From NCBI GenBank assembly GCA_038087875.1, contig JAXLNO010002682.1:186001-250000 (forward strand): 64,000 bases of DNA, given 5' to 3'. The position numbers and the translations under genes are program-made. Below are positions 1-12,601 of this stretch, in pieces. This stretch comes from Malacoraja senta (lineage: Eukaryota). The notes beneath the pieces were generated by a model. That model did no database searches. It was not told the origin of the DNA and saw nothing but the letters and a program-made list of their open reading frames with translations. Position 1 is the stretch's first letter. Each line of letters opens with the position of its first letter.

Positions 1-1269
1 TTAAGGTATTGTCAGGCCCCACATGGGATTAGCATTTTACTGACTTGCAATCATTTGCATGATCATCTACATTTACATAATGAGGTCACCCCAATATTTC
101 CCCCGGAAGGCATGGAAACGTGGAGAAAATATAGCAAGAAGAATTTAAAGGTAGGACTTTAATATTATTTGTAATTCTTCCACTTCTTGCTCTCTGAGTT
201 CATAGCCTGGCTGGCAGGAAAAGTAGTGGTAATAATGTCTAGGTACGGATCTCTGGACATTTTATTGGCAGTTCATTGGGTTAGCCTCAGATTCAGCCTG
301 GGTGGGTTGTCTCAGTTAAATTTACTTCAGTCCCAGCTACACTATGTTTGCCTGAATTTAAACTTGTCAATAATATATCCCATCTCTCTGAAACAGTCCT
401 AATGTTGCTTGACCTAATGTCCACCTAATGTCCTCCATCGAAAAAAAGTGTCCCCATTCATTAGGGAAGCTTTCAGTTTCACCAGCTCTTGCGCAGCCTA
501 TGTGTAGGAAGGAACTGCGGATGTTGGTTTAAGCAAAGATAGACACAAAAAGCTGGGGTAACTCAGCAGGACAGGCAGCATCTCTGGAGGGAAGGAATGG
601 GTGACGTATCGGGTCCTTCCACAGCCTATCATGGGTTCTCCTCTGATTGTGGTCTCTCTCCTTTCTCCCAATCACCAGGGATTTTTTTTTCGTTTCCACT
701 GCCTTTTGACAGCCTATTTATTTTGCCAGTCATTTGGTGAGATGTGGTTTAGGTTGTTAGAATTTGTGCAAATCTGGTTTTATCAAGAACCTTGGCTATT
801 TCCCCCCCCCCCATTATCCACACCTTTGCTCCCTCCAAGCTTCATCTAATCAAACCTGGGCAGTTAATATTAATGAAACACCTCCAAAAGGAAAACATAG
901 CAAGATGAAGCATCGTTCATAAATACAACCAAATTATCAGATCATTAATTCATTGTTTGAATCACTTACTTTGTTGCAAAATACCTCAGATTGTTCTCTG
1001 AATACACTCTGCATTCGAGGACAACCAGATGGTATTATGTCCAGTGCAGAGAATGTCCATTTATACACCACAGGAAACAATTATTTTTGGCGATGTCAGA
1101 AAATTAATGTTTGAAATACCAAGCTTTGCTATAACTTTCTTTTAAACTGCCATGACTGAAATGTTCCCTGTTTGTCTTCTGATGTGAGAGAGGTGGGGTC
1201 ATGTCATAAAGGATTGCTTGTGGTAGGGATGATGTCGTGGAATGACCCAAGGTCATTTAGATATTATAA

Positions 1270-1385
1270 CTTATAACTAATCACGTATTGTCTTTCTACT
1301 GACTGGATAGCATGCGATGAAAACTTTTCACTGTACCTCGGTATACATGGCAATAAATTAAACTGACTGAAACTGACTAACTAAC
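1270..1385 (+). mobile_element. 3' end of a LINE (Rex1/L2-like tail)
   Basis: ttttcactgtacctcggta...caataaa followed by an actga/actaa microsatellite tail. Confidence 0.5.
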
Positions 1386-1769
1386 CCCCCTCCCCTCCCA
1401 TTTCATTACATGTAATCCACTGTAGCTGTAATTAGCTTGACTAAGTAATATTCATTTTTTGTTACAACATAGAAGGCCATTCGACACTTTGCATGTATCC
1501 CAGCAGTTAAGAGTAATCCCATTTACTTCCATGTAACCTGTTCTCTCTAGTATACCCATTAACTCCCCACTATACTACAACCAATTAACCTAATAGTGTG
1601 ATTTTGCAACGTGGGAGAAAAACTGAGCACCCAGAGAAAGCCTGAGTGGTCACAGGAAGAATGTGCAAAACATTTCATAGACAGTACCTGAGGTCGGGAA
1701 TACACCTGGGTCGTGTGGCTCTGCAGTAGTAGCTGTGCATCACACAGCCCTTAAATAGAATCATGTTCA

Positions 1770-2238
1770 ATGAAAACTGTGCAGTACAGTAACAGGCCTA
1801 TTGGCGCAACTCGTTCATGTCTCTAAAAATGCCCCTTCTAAGCTTCCAATTTGGCCCCTATCCCTATACCTGTCAAAATGTCTTTAAAACTGATCAGATT
1901 AAACTTCATCTGCCATTTCTACACCCAATTCTGTTGCTGATCTATATCCCAATGTATTTTTTGACAGTGTTCCTCACTGTTCGCAACTCCACCAATTTTG
2001 CCGTTGTGTGCACGTTTACAAATCAACACATCTACATTTACATTCAGTCGTTTATATATATCACAAACCACAGAGGTCCCAGCACAGGTCCCTCCGGATC
2101 TTCACTGGTCACAGACCTCCAGCCAGATAACACCTTTCTATCACAACCCTATGTCCTCCATGAGTAAGCCAGTTCAAGTCACTGGGGATGCCATACATCA
2201 TTATCTAAATCAGTCTACCACAAGGGACTTTATCAAAT
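1770..2238 (-). mobile_element. Degenerate CR1 fragment
   Basis: Resembles the GVPQGSVLGP/FADD region and 3' tail of other CR1 copies in the window. Confidence 0.6.
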
Positions 2239-2239
2239 A

Positions 2240-3170
2240 GTAGATACAAGGAGCTGCAGATACAAAAATAGGCACAAAAGGCTGGGGCAACTCAGAGAGT
2301 CATGCCGCATCTCCGGAGAACATGGATAGGTGATGTTTTGTGTCGGGACCCTTCTTCAGACAGTGCCAGAGGGCATTGAGATCTTCCCGGTGGGGGATGC
2401 AGGTGGGGGATGCAGGTGGAAAGGGACTGGACACCCATGGTAAAGATTAGTTTAGTTCAGAGGTGGAAACAGGCCCTTCGGCCCACTGGGTCCGTACCGA
2501 CCAGCGATCCCCGCACATTAACACTATCCTACACCCATTAGGGTCATTTTTTACATTTACCAAGCCAATTAAGCTACAGACCTGTACGTCTTTGGAGTAT
2601 GGGAGGAAGCCGAAGATCTCGGAGAAAACCCAATCAGGTCACGTGGAGAACGTACAAACTCTGTACAGACAGCATCCGTAGTCGGGATCGAACCTGGGTC
2701 TCTGGCGCTGCATTTGCTGTAAGGCAGCAACTCTACTGCTGCTCCACGTGACCGCCACCGTTAGGCAGTGGGGCCCTAGAAACAGAAAGTTATTGACGAA
2801 TTGAAGGGCATGTGAGGTGTCTCAGATGTAGGATAGAAGTGACTGGACAATGATGGACATAGGATGGAATGGAAGATAGAAAGGATGGAATCAAGATATT
2901 TGGAGATGAATTCTAGGAGGGATGAACAGGCAAAAACAATGGGTCTGTCAGGACATTCCTGTTTGTAGATATTTGAAAAGATATAGAAGCGGGCAATGAG
3001 GGCTGCGGAATGATAAGGTTGGAGGCTATGCAGGGGAGATCATCAGAGTTGATGAGATCAGAATGGTCTGGGATACGATGACCTGAAGTTTGAAGAAGGC
3101 TCCCAATCTGAAACGTTACCCGTCCATGTTCTCCAGAGATGTTGCCTGACCCGCAGAGTTTCGTCAGCAC
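2240..3170 (-). mobile_element. Penelope-like element remnant: RT fragment between inverted terminal (hammerhead-type) repeats, interrupted by a V-SINE
   Basis: Minus strand reads DLINSDDLPCIASNLIIPQP..., followed by a frameshifted PKIHK/RPIVS-like region. Terminal units at 2240-2362 and 3085-3170 are in opposite orientations. Confidence 0.7.
2447..2760 (-). mobile_element. tRNA-derived V-SINE (HE1-like), full length
   Basis: A/B-box-like head (ggttcgatccc), V-domain (gtttgtacgttctcc...cttcctccca), CR1-like tail (gggccgaagggcctgtttcc) and ctaaa repeats. Confidence 0.85.
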
Positions 3171-4690
3171 TTTTGGACTTTATCACATGCTTTACTAAAA
3201 TGCATGTAGACAATATCCACAGCCTTATCTACATTGATCACCTTTGTCTCTTCAAAAGTATCACACATGATCGTAAGACATGACCTGCCACAGACAGAAC
3301 TATACCGACTGTCCCTAATTATCTCATTATTTTCCAACTGGGAGTGAGCATATCCTGAAGAAACCTCTTCAATAGCTTCCACTCCACCAGCGCGAGGTTC
3401 ATGGAGTATAGGAGGAAACCAGAAGTCTTTGGAGTATGGGAGGAAACCGAAGATCTCGGAGAAAACCCACCCAGGTCACGTGGAGAACGTACAAACTCCG
3501 TGAGACCTATAATTTCCTGAATTATCTCTACTTCCCTTCCTAAGCAACATAATAACATTGGCTACTCTCCAGTCTTCCAGAACCTTGCCTATGGCTGGAG
3601 AAGATACAAAGATCTTCATTAAGATCCCTACAATCTCCTCTCTTGCTTCTCTCAATATCTGGGATAGATTCCATCAGTCCTGGGTATTTATCCACCTTAA
3701 TGATCTTTAAGAGCTCCACACTATCTTCTCTTGATCTCAAATTATCCTTGCATAATTTGCTTTCTGCACTATCCTCCATGTTCTCCTTGGTGAAGACAGA
3801 TGCAAAGTACGCATTTCGTACCTCGCCTACATCTTCTGACTCCAAGCATAATCTTATCCTCTTTTATCCTTGAGTGGTCCTACCATGGTTATTCTCTTGT
3901 TTTTAATGTATGTATAAAAGTCCTTGGGATTTCCTATAATCCGACTCACCTATGACATTTCATGGCCCCTTTTGGTCCTAATTGCCTCGTTCCTTTCACC
4001 TTTCTTTATATTCCTCAAAGGCCCTGTCTGATTTCGTCTTTCTAAACCATGCATACACTTCACTTTTTCGTTTCGACCAAATTTCCAACCGCTTTGGTCG
4101 TGCAAAATGTCCTTACCTTGCCATCTTTATAAAATCCATAATGTGGAACAAGTCAGTTTCCAACTCTGATCAGTCAGCTTTTAAGCGACTTCCATGACTG
4201 ATGTGGACTTACCTAATAACAACTGCTCCCAATTTACTCTTCCTAGCTCCTGCCGAATAAAACTGTAATCTGCCTTACCCCAATTTAGTATCTTCCCCCA
4301 AGGTGCAGGCTGATCCTTATTTATAGCTATCTTAATGAGACTTATGGAGTTGTGATCACGGTTCCCAAAATGCTCTTGAATATACCAGTCACCTGGCCAG
4401 GCTTGTCTCCCATTACAAGGTCCAGTATGATCCCTCCTCAAGTTGGACTAAGCACAGAGTGTTTCTTGGATACACCTAACAAATTCTGCACCATCTAAGA
4501 TTTTTGCACCGAGGATGTCCCAATCAATATTGGTGAAGTTAAAGTTGCCAATTACAACAGCCCCATTGCTTTTGCAGTTTTCCGTAATCTATCTGAATAT
4601 CTGTTCCTCTAGCTCCGCTGGCTATTAGGAGGTCCATAATAAATCCTATTATAGCAATGACACCTTTCTTGTTTTTGAGCTCCATCATAT
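3168..4690 (-). mobile_element. Degenerate CR1 ORF2 fragment containing a V-SINE piece (about 3386-3505)
   Basis: ORF pieces: HFGNRDHN, YFASVFTKE, KAVDIVYMHFSKACDKV. Confidence 0.85.
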
Positions 4691-5034
4691 AGTGGACGAA
4701 CATCGATGGTTAACAAGGAGGAAGTGCTATTAGCAATTTATTATGATGGAGGCCTGCTGATGAGGAAGAAGAGGATCCAATTATATACGGTCGAGCAGAG
4801 ACCCAATTCAGCAGGTCCTATTAGTAAGTATCAGCTCTCCATTTACAAACAAAGTGTGAACTCAAATTTCTACTCTTGGGTACTGTAACACATTGGAGAA
4901 AGCTAGGAAGGATGACCTACCAAGCTTCTGGGTCTCCCATTGCGGATCATCCTTTATGCTGGAACTACTTAGCACAATGCTACATTCACTTAAGTAAACT
5001 AGAGTCTCCATCACAGAGATGCTCCTGTCTTTAC

Positions 5035-5151
5035 CTGGACTACTGGCCTCTTCTCTTTCAGCTTCATTTTCACTTCTTCCGCAAGTTTCATAACCGAGGT
5101 CCTGCAAGTCCACTTGCACCTGTTTATTGTCCTGCTCCACTGATGATTCAG
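5035..5151 (-). CDS. PDE4DIP: PDE4DIP exon (TESSVEQDNKQVQVDLQDLGYETCGRSENEAEREEASSP), 117 nt
   Basis: ccccag|CT ... G|GTAAAG, phase 1-1; highly conserved myomegalin motif. Confidence 0.92.
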
Positions 5152-5719
5152 CTGGGGAATGTACAAACATCACAATAAGAGGGAAGAACTAAAAGCCATA
5201 GTCAAGGAGCAACATTCAGATCTGAAGGTTTCCCCAGTACCTTGGAATTTAAATAACCTATGAGGGAATAACGTATTATTCCTCAGTAGCTTGTCATCCC
5301 AGTATTCTGTTGGTCAATTGTGCAGAAGAAATACAGATAAACCCGTCATCACATCTAGAAGTCATCAAACTAAGCTGCTGATATGCTACCAATATCTTGC
5401 CACCTTTCTCATCATGTGGATACCCGATCAATAATGTGCCTCACTTATTGCAAGAAGTGCCTCATGGGACACTGTCAAATGGGCTCCATGGTTCCATTTA
5501 AACATCCAAGAAACTTCCCAAAAAATTAATTGTCTCGTGCATTTATCTGTATAAATATATGTTGATTGTTCTAATTAGTTTCTCTATCTTAGTGAAGTGG
5601 CAGCACTAATGTCCTTTTGAAATAGAATATTATGTTTCGCAAGTTGTTATTGTGGTTTCAAAGATTTTTTTAAAGTTTAGGTTAACGTCTAAATTAATTT
5701 GAATCCGCTGTTCAAAGGA

Positions 5720-6660
5720 ACGATTTAGATACAAAATATGAAAGGCATGATTCGTAAGTTTGCAGATTACATTAAACTAGATGGTATTGTAGAAAATGAA
5801 GATGGTTATCAAAAATTACAGCAGGATCCTTATAAGCTGGGTAAGTGTGGTGAAGAATGGCTAATGTAGTTTAATGCAGACAAAGTGTGAGGTGTTGCAT
5901 ATTGGGAAGTCAAACTGGGGCAGAACCTTCGCAGTGAATGGTAGGGTCCTAGGGAGGTTGTAGAGCAGAGGGATCTAGTAGTACATGTACACAGTGACAC
6001 AGTTTTCTGAGAATGCTCTCACAGGTAGATAGGGTGGTAAAGGAGGCTTTTGGTACATTAGCCTTCATCAGTCAAAGTATTGAGACTAGACGTTGGGACG
6101 TAATGATACAGTTGTACAAGATATTGGCGAGGCCGCATTTGGATTATTGTGTTCAGTTTTGCACACTCTGCTATAGGAAGGATGTCATTAAGCTAGAAAG
6201 AGTGCAGGGAAGCTTTATGAGGATGTTGCCAGACCTTGAGGGCCCGAGTAATAGAGAGAGATTGGGGCAGCTAGAACGTTATTCCTTGGAGTGCAGAAGG
6301 CTAAGGGCTGATCTTATAAAGGTGTATAAAATCATGAGAGGAATTGATAGGGTGTAAGCACATAGTCTTTTACCCAGTGCAGGAAAATCAAGAAGAAGAG
6401 GATGTAGGTTTATGGTGAGAGGAGAAAGATTTAATAGACACCTGAGGGGGCAAGTTTTTCACTCAGCAGTTGGTGGGTATATGGAATGAGCTGCCAGAGG
6501 AAGTAATTGTGCCAGATACAATAACAACATTTAAAAGGTACTTGGATAGGTACGTGGATAGGAAAGGTTCAGATGGATATGGGACTAGCTTAGTTGGAGA
6601 AACTTGGTCAGCATGGGCGAGTTGAGCTGTAGGGCCTGTATCCATGCTATATGACTTTTT
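5720..6660 (+). mobile_element. Degenerate CR1 3' fragment
   Basis: ORF 6013..6357 (RPHLDYCVQF, LERVQ, RRLRADLIKVYKIM) followed by a CR1 3' UTR. Confidence 0.88.
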
Positions 6661-7343
6661 TTACTGTAAATGTAAAGTTGGACAGTTTGGAGCAAGGCCT
6701 TAAATGTTAAGGATACGTTTTAGTTTAGTTTCTATTTTGATTATAAATCTGAGGGAAATTGGACCCTCCTATAGGACGGACATTGGTTTGATTTTGCTTG
6801 CAAGCACTGAGGTTAAAGGGGAGCAGAACCTAGGATGCACCCAGATCCACCATAACCTTTGAATGTGACCCACAAGATGCCCACAAATAGGCAGGCGTAC
6901 TGAAACTGTGAAACAAAAGAATGCAAGATACATTCCTTTGGCAATAATGAATGACAGCACTGCTTGAGAAGGAACTGGCTTCCAAGACAACTAGGGGCTT
7001 TTGAATGTTGGCAGAAAAGTGCAGAGAGGAGTTGTTATAAAACAGAGCTACATTTTTATCTAAGAAGTTGATTGTAATCAACAGGAAATCGACCAACCAT
7101 TTACAATTAGTGCCTTTCCTCACAGGGCCAAAAGATTTACAAACACATACAAAAGGAAAATCCACTCCCGAGTCCCTCATTCCCCAACCATCCAATTACT
7201 TCTGAGGAACTAGTGGGCCTTTATATTAAGGTTGAGGCCGATGTGTTAATGCACAACACAACAAAAGGCAATAGCAGATAACTATGTTAGCACAATACAC
7301 GAGGACTTTGTTCTGGCTCTTGATAAGCTGAGATGATACATAC

Positions 7344-7530
7344 TGAGTAGGTCTTTGTACTGCTGCAACTGGTTGTCCTGGGCCTTTACAGTTGCTTCGG
7401 TCACTACGAGTTTCTCCTGTAATTCCTTGTTCTGTTGTCTGTACTCAGCCAGTTTGGTTTGGAACTGGTTGGATTGCTGTCCAAGCACCCCATGATGCCA
7501 CGGACTGACATCATGCAAAACTAATCCAAC
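7344..7530 (-). CDS. PDE4DIP: PDE4DIP exon (VGLVLHD...LQEKLVVTEATV...YKDLL), 187 nt
   Basis: tgtctag|GTT ... A|GTATGT, phase 0-1; resembles human LQEKLLLSEATV. Confidence 0.85.
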
Positions 7531-7933
7531 CTAGACAGTAACACAAAAGGAGAAAAGTTAAAGAGAAATTACAGGGAAGAAACCACATAAGAGTATTTTA
7601 TAGCAATCAATAGGTAGAAGTGCATTTTAGGGATACAGTCAAATCAGTTACTAATTTCTCGTGCAGTTTTCTTCAGTCCCTTTCTGATGATGCTGCGATA
7701 CATTTGTCATGATCCAGTACCTACTCCTAGTATTGTTCTGCAGATATAAGCCCTGTCTATGTGTGCTCATAGAGGTCACCGAGGAGAGCCTGAATTAACA
7801 TCTAGCTGACACCGAGACACATGGTAATTGTGAAAGGATGTCAAAGGAGCTCTGAAAGCATTATAGACACAAAATGCTGGAGTAACTCAGCGGGACAGGC
7901 AGCATCTCTGGAGACAAAGAATGGGTGACGTCT

Positions 7934-9996
7934 CATAGAAACATAGAAAATAGGTGCAGGAGGAGGCCATTCGGCCCTTCGAGCCAGCACCGCCATTCAT
8001 TATGATCATGGCTGATCGTCCCCTATCAATAACCCATGCCTGCCTTCTCCCCATATCCCTTGACTCCACTAGCCCCTAGAGCTCTATCTAACACTCTCTT
8101 AAATCCATCCAGTGATTTGGCCTCCACTGCCCTCTGTGGCAGGGAATTCCATAAATTCACAACTCTCTGGGTGAAAAAGTTTCTTCTCACCTCAGTCTTA
8201 AATGACCTCCCCTTTATTCTAAGACTGTGGCCCCTGGTTCTGGACTCGCCCAACATTGGGAACATTTTTCCTGCATCTAGCTTGTCCAGTCCTTTTATAA
8301 TTTTATATGTTTCTATAAGATTCCCCCTCATCCTTCTAAACTCCAGTGAATACAAGCCTAGTCTTTTCAATCTTTCCTCATATGACAGTCCCGCCATCCC
8401 AGGGATCAATCTCGTGAACCTACGCTGCACTGCCTCAATCACAAGGATGTCCTTCCTCAAATTAGGAGACCAAAACTGTACACAATACTCCAGATGTGGT
8501 CTCACCAGAGCCCTATACAACTGCAGAAGAACCTCTTTACTCCTATACTGAAATCCTCTTGTTATGAAGGCCAACATTCCATTAGCTTTCTTCACTGCCT
8601 GCTGTACCTGCACGCCAACGTTCGGTGACCGGTGTACAAGGACACCCAGGTCTCGCTGTACCTCCCCCTTACCTAACTTAACCCCATTGAGATAACAATC
8701 TGCCCCCTTGTTTTTGCCGCCAAAGTGGATAACCTCACATTTATCTATATTATACTGCATCTGCCACGTATCTGCCCACTCACTGAACCTGCCCAGGTCA
8801 CCCTGCAACCTCCTAACATCCTCTTCACAGTTCACACTGCCACCCAGCTTTGTGTCATCCACAAACTTGCTAGTGTTGCTCCTAATTCCCTCTTCCAAAT
8901 CATTAATATATATGGTAAACAGTTGCGGCCCCAACACCGAGCCTTGCGGCACTCCACTCGCCACTGCCTGCCATTCTGAAAAGGACCCATTCACTCCTAC
9001 TCTTTGCTTCCGGTCTGCCAACCAATTTTCTATCCATGTCAACACCCTACCCCCAATACCATGTGCTCTAATTTTAGTCACCAGTCTCCCGTGCGGGACC
9101 TTATCAAAGGCTTTCTGAAAGTCTAGGTACTCTACATCCACTGGCACCCCTTCATCCATTTTACTTGTCACATCCTCAAAAAATTCCAGAAGATTAGTCA
9201 AGCATGATTTCCCTTTCATAAATCCATGTTGACTTGGACTAATCCTTTTACCGCTATCCAAATGCCCCATTATTACCTCTTTAATAATTGATTCCAGCAT
9301 CTTTCCAACCACCGAAGTCAGGCTAACTGGTCTGTAATTCCCCGTTTTCTCTCTCGCTCCTTTCTTGAAAAGTGGGATAACATTACCTATCCTCCAATCC
9401 ACAGGAACTGATCCTGAATCGATTGAACAATGGAAAATGATCACCAATGCGTCCACTATTTCTAGAGCCACCTCCCTGAGGACCCTGGGATGCAGACCAT
9501 CAGGTCCAGGAGATTTATCATCCTTCAGTCACATTAGCCTACCCAATACTATTTCTCGCCTAATGAATATTTCTTTCAGTTCCTCTACCCCCTTAGATCC
9601 TCTGTCCTCCAGTACATCTGGGAGATTGTTTGTGTCTTCCTTAGTGAAGACAGATCCGAAGTACCTAGTCAACTCTTCTGCCATTTCCTTGTTGCCCATA
9701 ATAATTTCACCTGTGTCTGCCTTCAAGGGACCCACATTTGACTTTGCTACTCTTTTTCCCTTAACATATCTAAAGAAGCTTTTACTGTCCTTCTTTATAT
9801 TCCTGGCCAGCTTCCCCTCGTACTTTATCTTTTCAGCCCGTATTGCCCGTTTTGTTTCTTCTGTTGTCCCAATCTTCTGGCTTCCGGCTACTCATTGCTG
9901 GTTTATACATCTTTTCTTTTAGTTTTATTCTATCCCTAACTTCTCTTGTCAGCCACGGTTGCCTCCTACTCCCCTTAGAATCTTTCTTCCTTTTTG
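7934..9996 (-). mobile_element. Young 5'-truncated CR1 LINE (RT domain and 3' UTR)
   Basis: ORF 8026..9471 has YRPVSLTS, QHGF, YLDFQKAFDKV, GVPQGSVLGP, KFVDD and RPHLEYCVQFW. An upstream in-frame stop lies near 9529. The 3' tail is a ctatgtttctatg repeat. Confidence 0.95.
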
Positions 9997-12174
9997 GACC
10001 CTTTCGGTTTAGCTTTGGTTTAAACCAGCATCTGCAGTTCGTTCCTACACATTTCATCTGAAAGCATAATTGCTTTTTCAACATCCTAGCCATAAACCAA
10101 ATGAACCATCATTGCTGTCAGGGAGATTAGCCAACTCAGCATAGATCCAGGGTTGAGCCCAAAAATGTGCCTAGTCTGCAAGGCACAGTTCACTCAGGAA
10201 GGAGAACAAATGCACTTACCAAATATGGGGATACTAATGTTTGTAATAAGCCATTTTGTATATCCTCAAATCAACAGAATGCTGAAAATGAGATGCTAGT
10301 TAGAAATTAAATAACTTTTGTTTATTAATAGAACTACAGATTCACATCCCTTGTGACTGTTAGTTGCCATGTGACACTTAAACTGATCACAAAATTAAAA
10401 ACACCTGCATTGGATTGGTTTGGACAGTACACAGTTAGTCCATCATCATAACTCTAAATTCCCAGGTTTAGTTTTGCCCATGGGTGCTGTATGTGTGGAG
10501 TTGAAATATCTTTTCTGAAACCACCTGGTTTCCCTCAGCTGCTCTGGTTTTCGTCCCACATTGCAAAGATATGTTTGAAGGATAATCACTCATTGTAAAT
10601 TAGCCTTTAATATAGGTTAATGGCTAAAGGAATTATTGATGAGCTGACAGATGTGTTAAAGAATGGTTGCAGGGGTACAGGGAAATAAGGAGATGAGGAA
10701 AGGGACAAATTGGTGTCAGGGTATGAAAGCATCCAAAGTAATGGCAGGTTATTATCAAAAGTGTCAATTTGAAAACTAACCATGTCTATGTTACAGCACA
10801 ACATCTTAAGGAAATTCAGCACACAAAAGTTGGAAATCATCCACGAGGAAACAAAAGCTCTAAACTTGGATTTTGAATCAAATCTTAATCCTCAGCCACA
10901 TGACAATGATAAACAAGCCATGCATATTGCATTGACTTCTTTGTGGTGAATACGTTCTAAAGCACTGTATAGAAGATGTTATTTTCATTAGAAACATAAT
11001 ACATCACAAATGCAAATACATTTCAGAATGCTTTAACCCATCTTCTTCTCTCTAGATTAGCATGTTTCCATCTCTCAGGCTTGATGTAGGGTCCCTCGTC
11101 TGAAATATTATCTGTTGGTCTTTAAAAAGATGCTGCTTGTCTTGCCATGAATTTCTAACATTTTTCACTTTCTGTATTTATATAATGTTAGCCCAGTTTA
11201 TCTTATTTTCTTCCACATCTGGGCTCCCAAGCAGGTTCCACAAACTTACCATTGACAACACATCCACATACATTCCATCATTCTACACATGCCTCCCCCA
11301 CCTGTTCTCCTATTGAATTTTTCCTACAAATGTTTGACCTGCTGAGTTTCCCCAGCATTTTCTGTATTTATTTTGTGACTGCAAGCTAAAAGAATAGGAA
11401 AGGCTGTATGTTACTTTGTTTAAAAGGGTACAGGTGTCAATTGTTAATTTGAATGGGCACTAGTAGTTGAAGTAGCAACTGTGCTCTTTAGAGACATTGT
11501 CATCTGATTACTATGGGGAGGTTAGATGGAAACAGTTTTTTTCCCCTACGCTTTTTAAATCCAAGATGGCTCTTCCTTGCTTGTCACTTTCCAAAGTAAC
11601 TTTTAAGTTGTTCTCTATTTCCCGCATTATAACCAATTTAGCCCCCATAATGCAAATACTGCTCCCCCCTAATTCATCACTCATGTTACATCTAATTCAT
11701 GCCATGGAAACATACGTTATATTAAAACTACCTGTAAAACGTAGGTTTGGGGATAATGTTTCAAAAAATGGAAAAATGTTCTTTCAATATTTTCATGAAA
11801 GAACCAATGTGACAGGAAACTGTCCTATCTGACTCAATTACTAGAACAGAGGATCTTATCAACTACCAGTGTAAATGTCTAACTGATCACACAAGCTAAT
11901 GAATAATAGCAGCCTCAGGCTTTTCATCCACATTATTTTCAGCATGAGCAGACACTGGGATGAATCAATACACCTTCCAACAAACACCATGAAATCAAAA
12001 TGGGCAATATATGCACAAGCAGTGTGCGTGCGCTCACATAAACACACATGACTATAATGTTTGGTAAATTCATTTTAAGAAGTGGAGATTCAAGTTTAAA
12101 TATTACTGTAAGATATTCATTTTTTTGCTAAATTATTGAAGTAATTACACATCAGAAGGTTTATTCACACTAAC

Positions 12175-12601
12175 CTGCTGACCAGCATCAGTTACATTTG
12201 GGGTCTCATTTTTACCCTGTGACAACATAGTTCCAAGGTCGAGTGAATGGGGTCTGGCCCGCTTTGTTCCTCGGTCACACGGATGCATGTCTGCCTTCAA
12301 GTGCTGAGTTAGGCCGAGCCCAAACTTTAGTCGTTCAATTTCTTTGGCCATGTTGACAATGAGCTCTGGATTGAAATGTTTTTCTCCGGTCTGGGAAGAG
12401 TTGAGCTCCAGCTGTTCTTTCAGGAGACTGATAATTGTTTCCGAGTTTTGTAATTTCACGGTTAGCTTTATAATCTCCTCTCTGAGGCCCCATACATCAA
12501 GGCAGTCCTTCTTTGCGTCTGTCCCCTGTCCCTGCAACACAAGATACTCTTCCACGCTGTTGTTCTGTTCCGCATTCTCCAAAGTCTGATTATGTAATGG
12601 C
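12175..12601 (-). CDS. PDE4DIP: PDE4DIP exon (PLHNQTLENAE...RPHSLDLG...DAGQQ), 427 nt
   Basis: ttgatag|G ... CAG|GTTAGT, phase 2-0; ORF 12145..12582; motifs IISLLKEQL and RPHSLDLG. Confidence 0.88.

Noticed and set aside
8036-9922. Long plus-strand ORFs (8036..8551, 8708..9118, 9365..9922)
   Set aside because: Antisense shadows of the CR1 RT frame; no independent coding signal.
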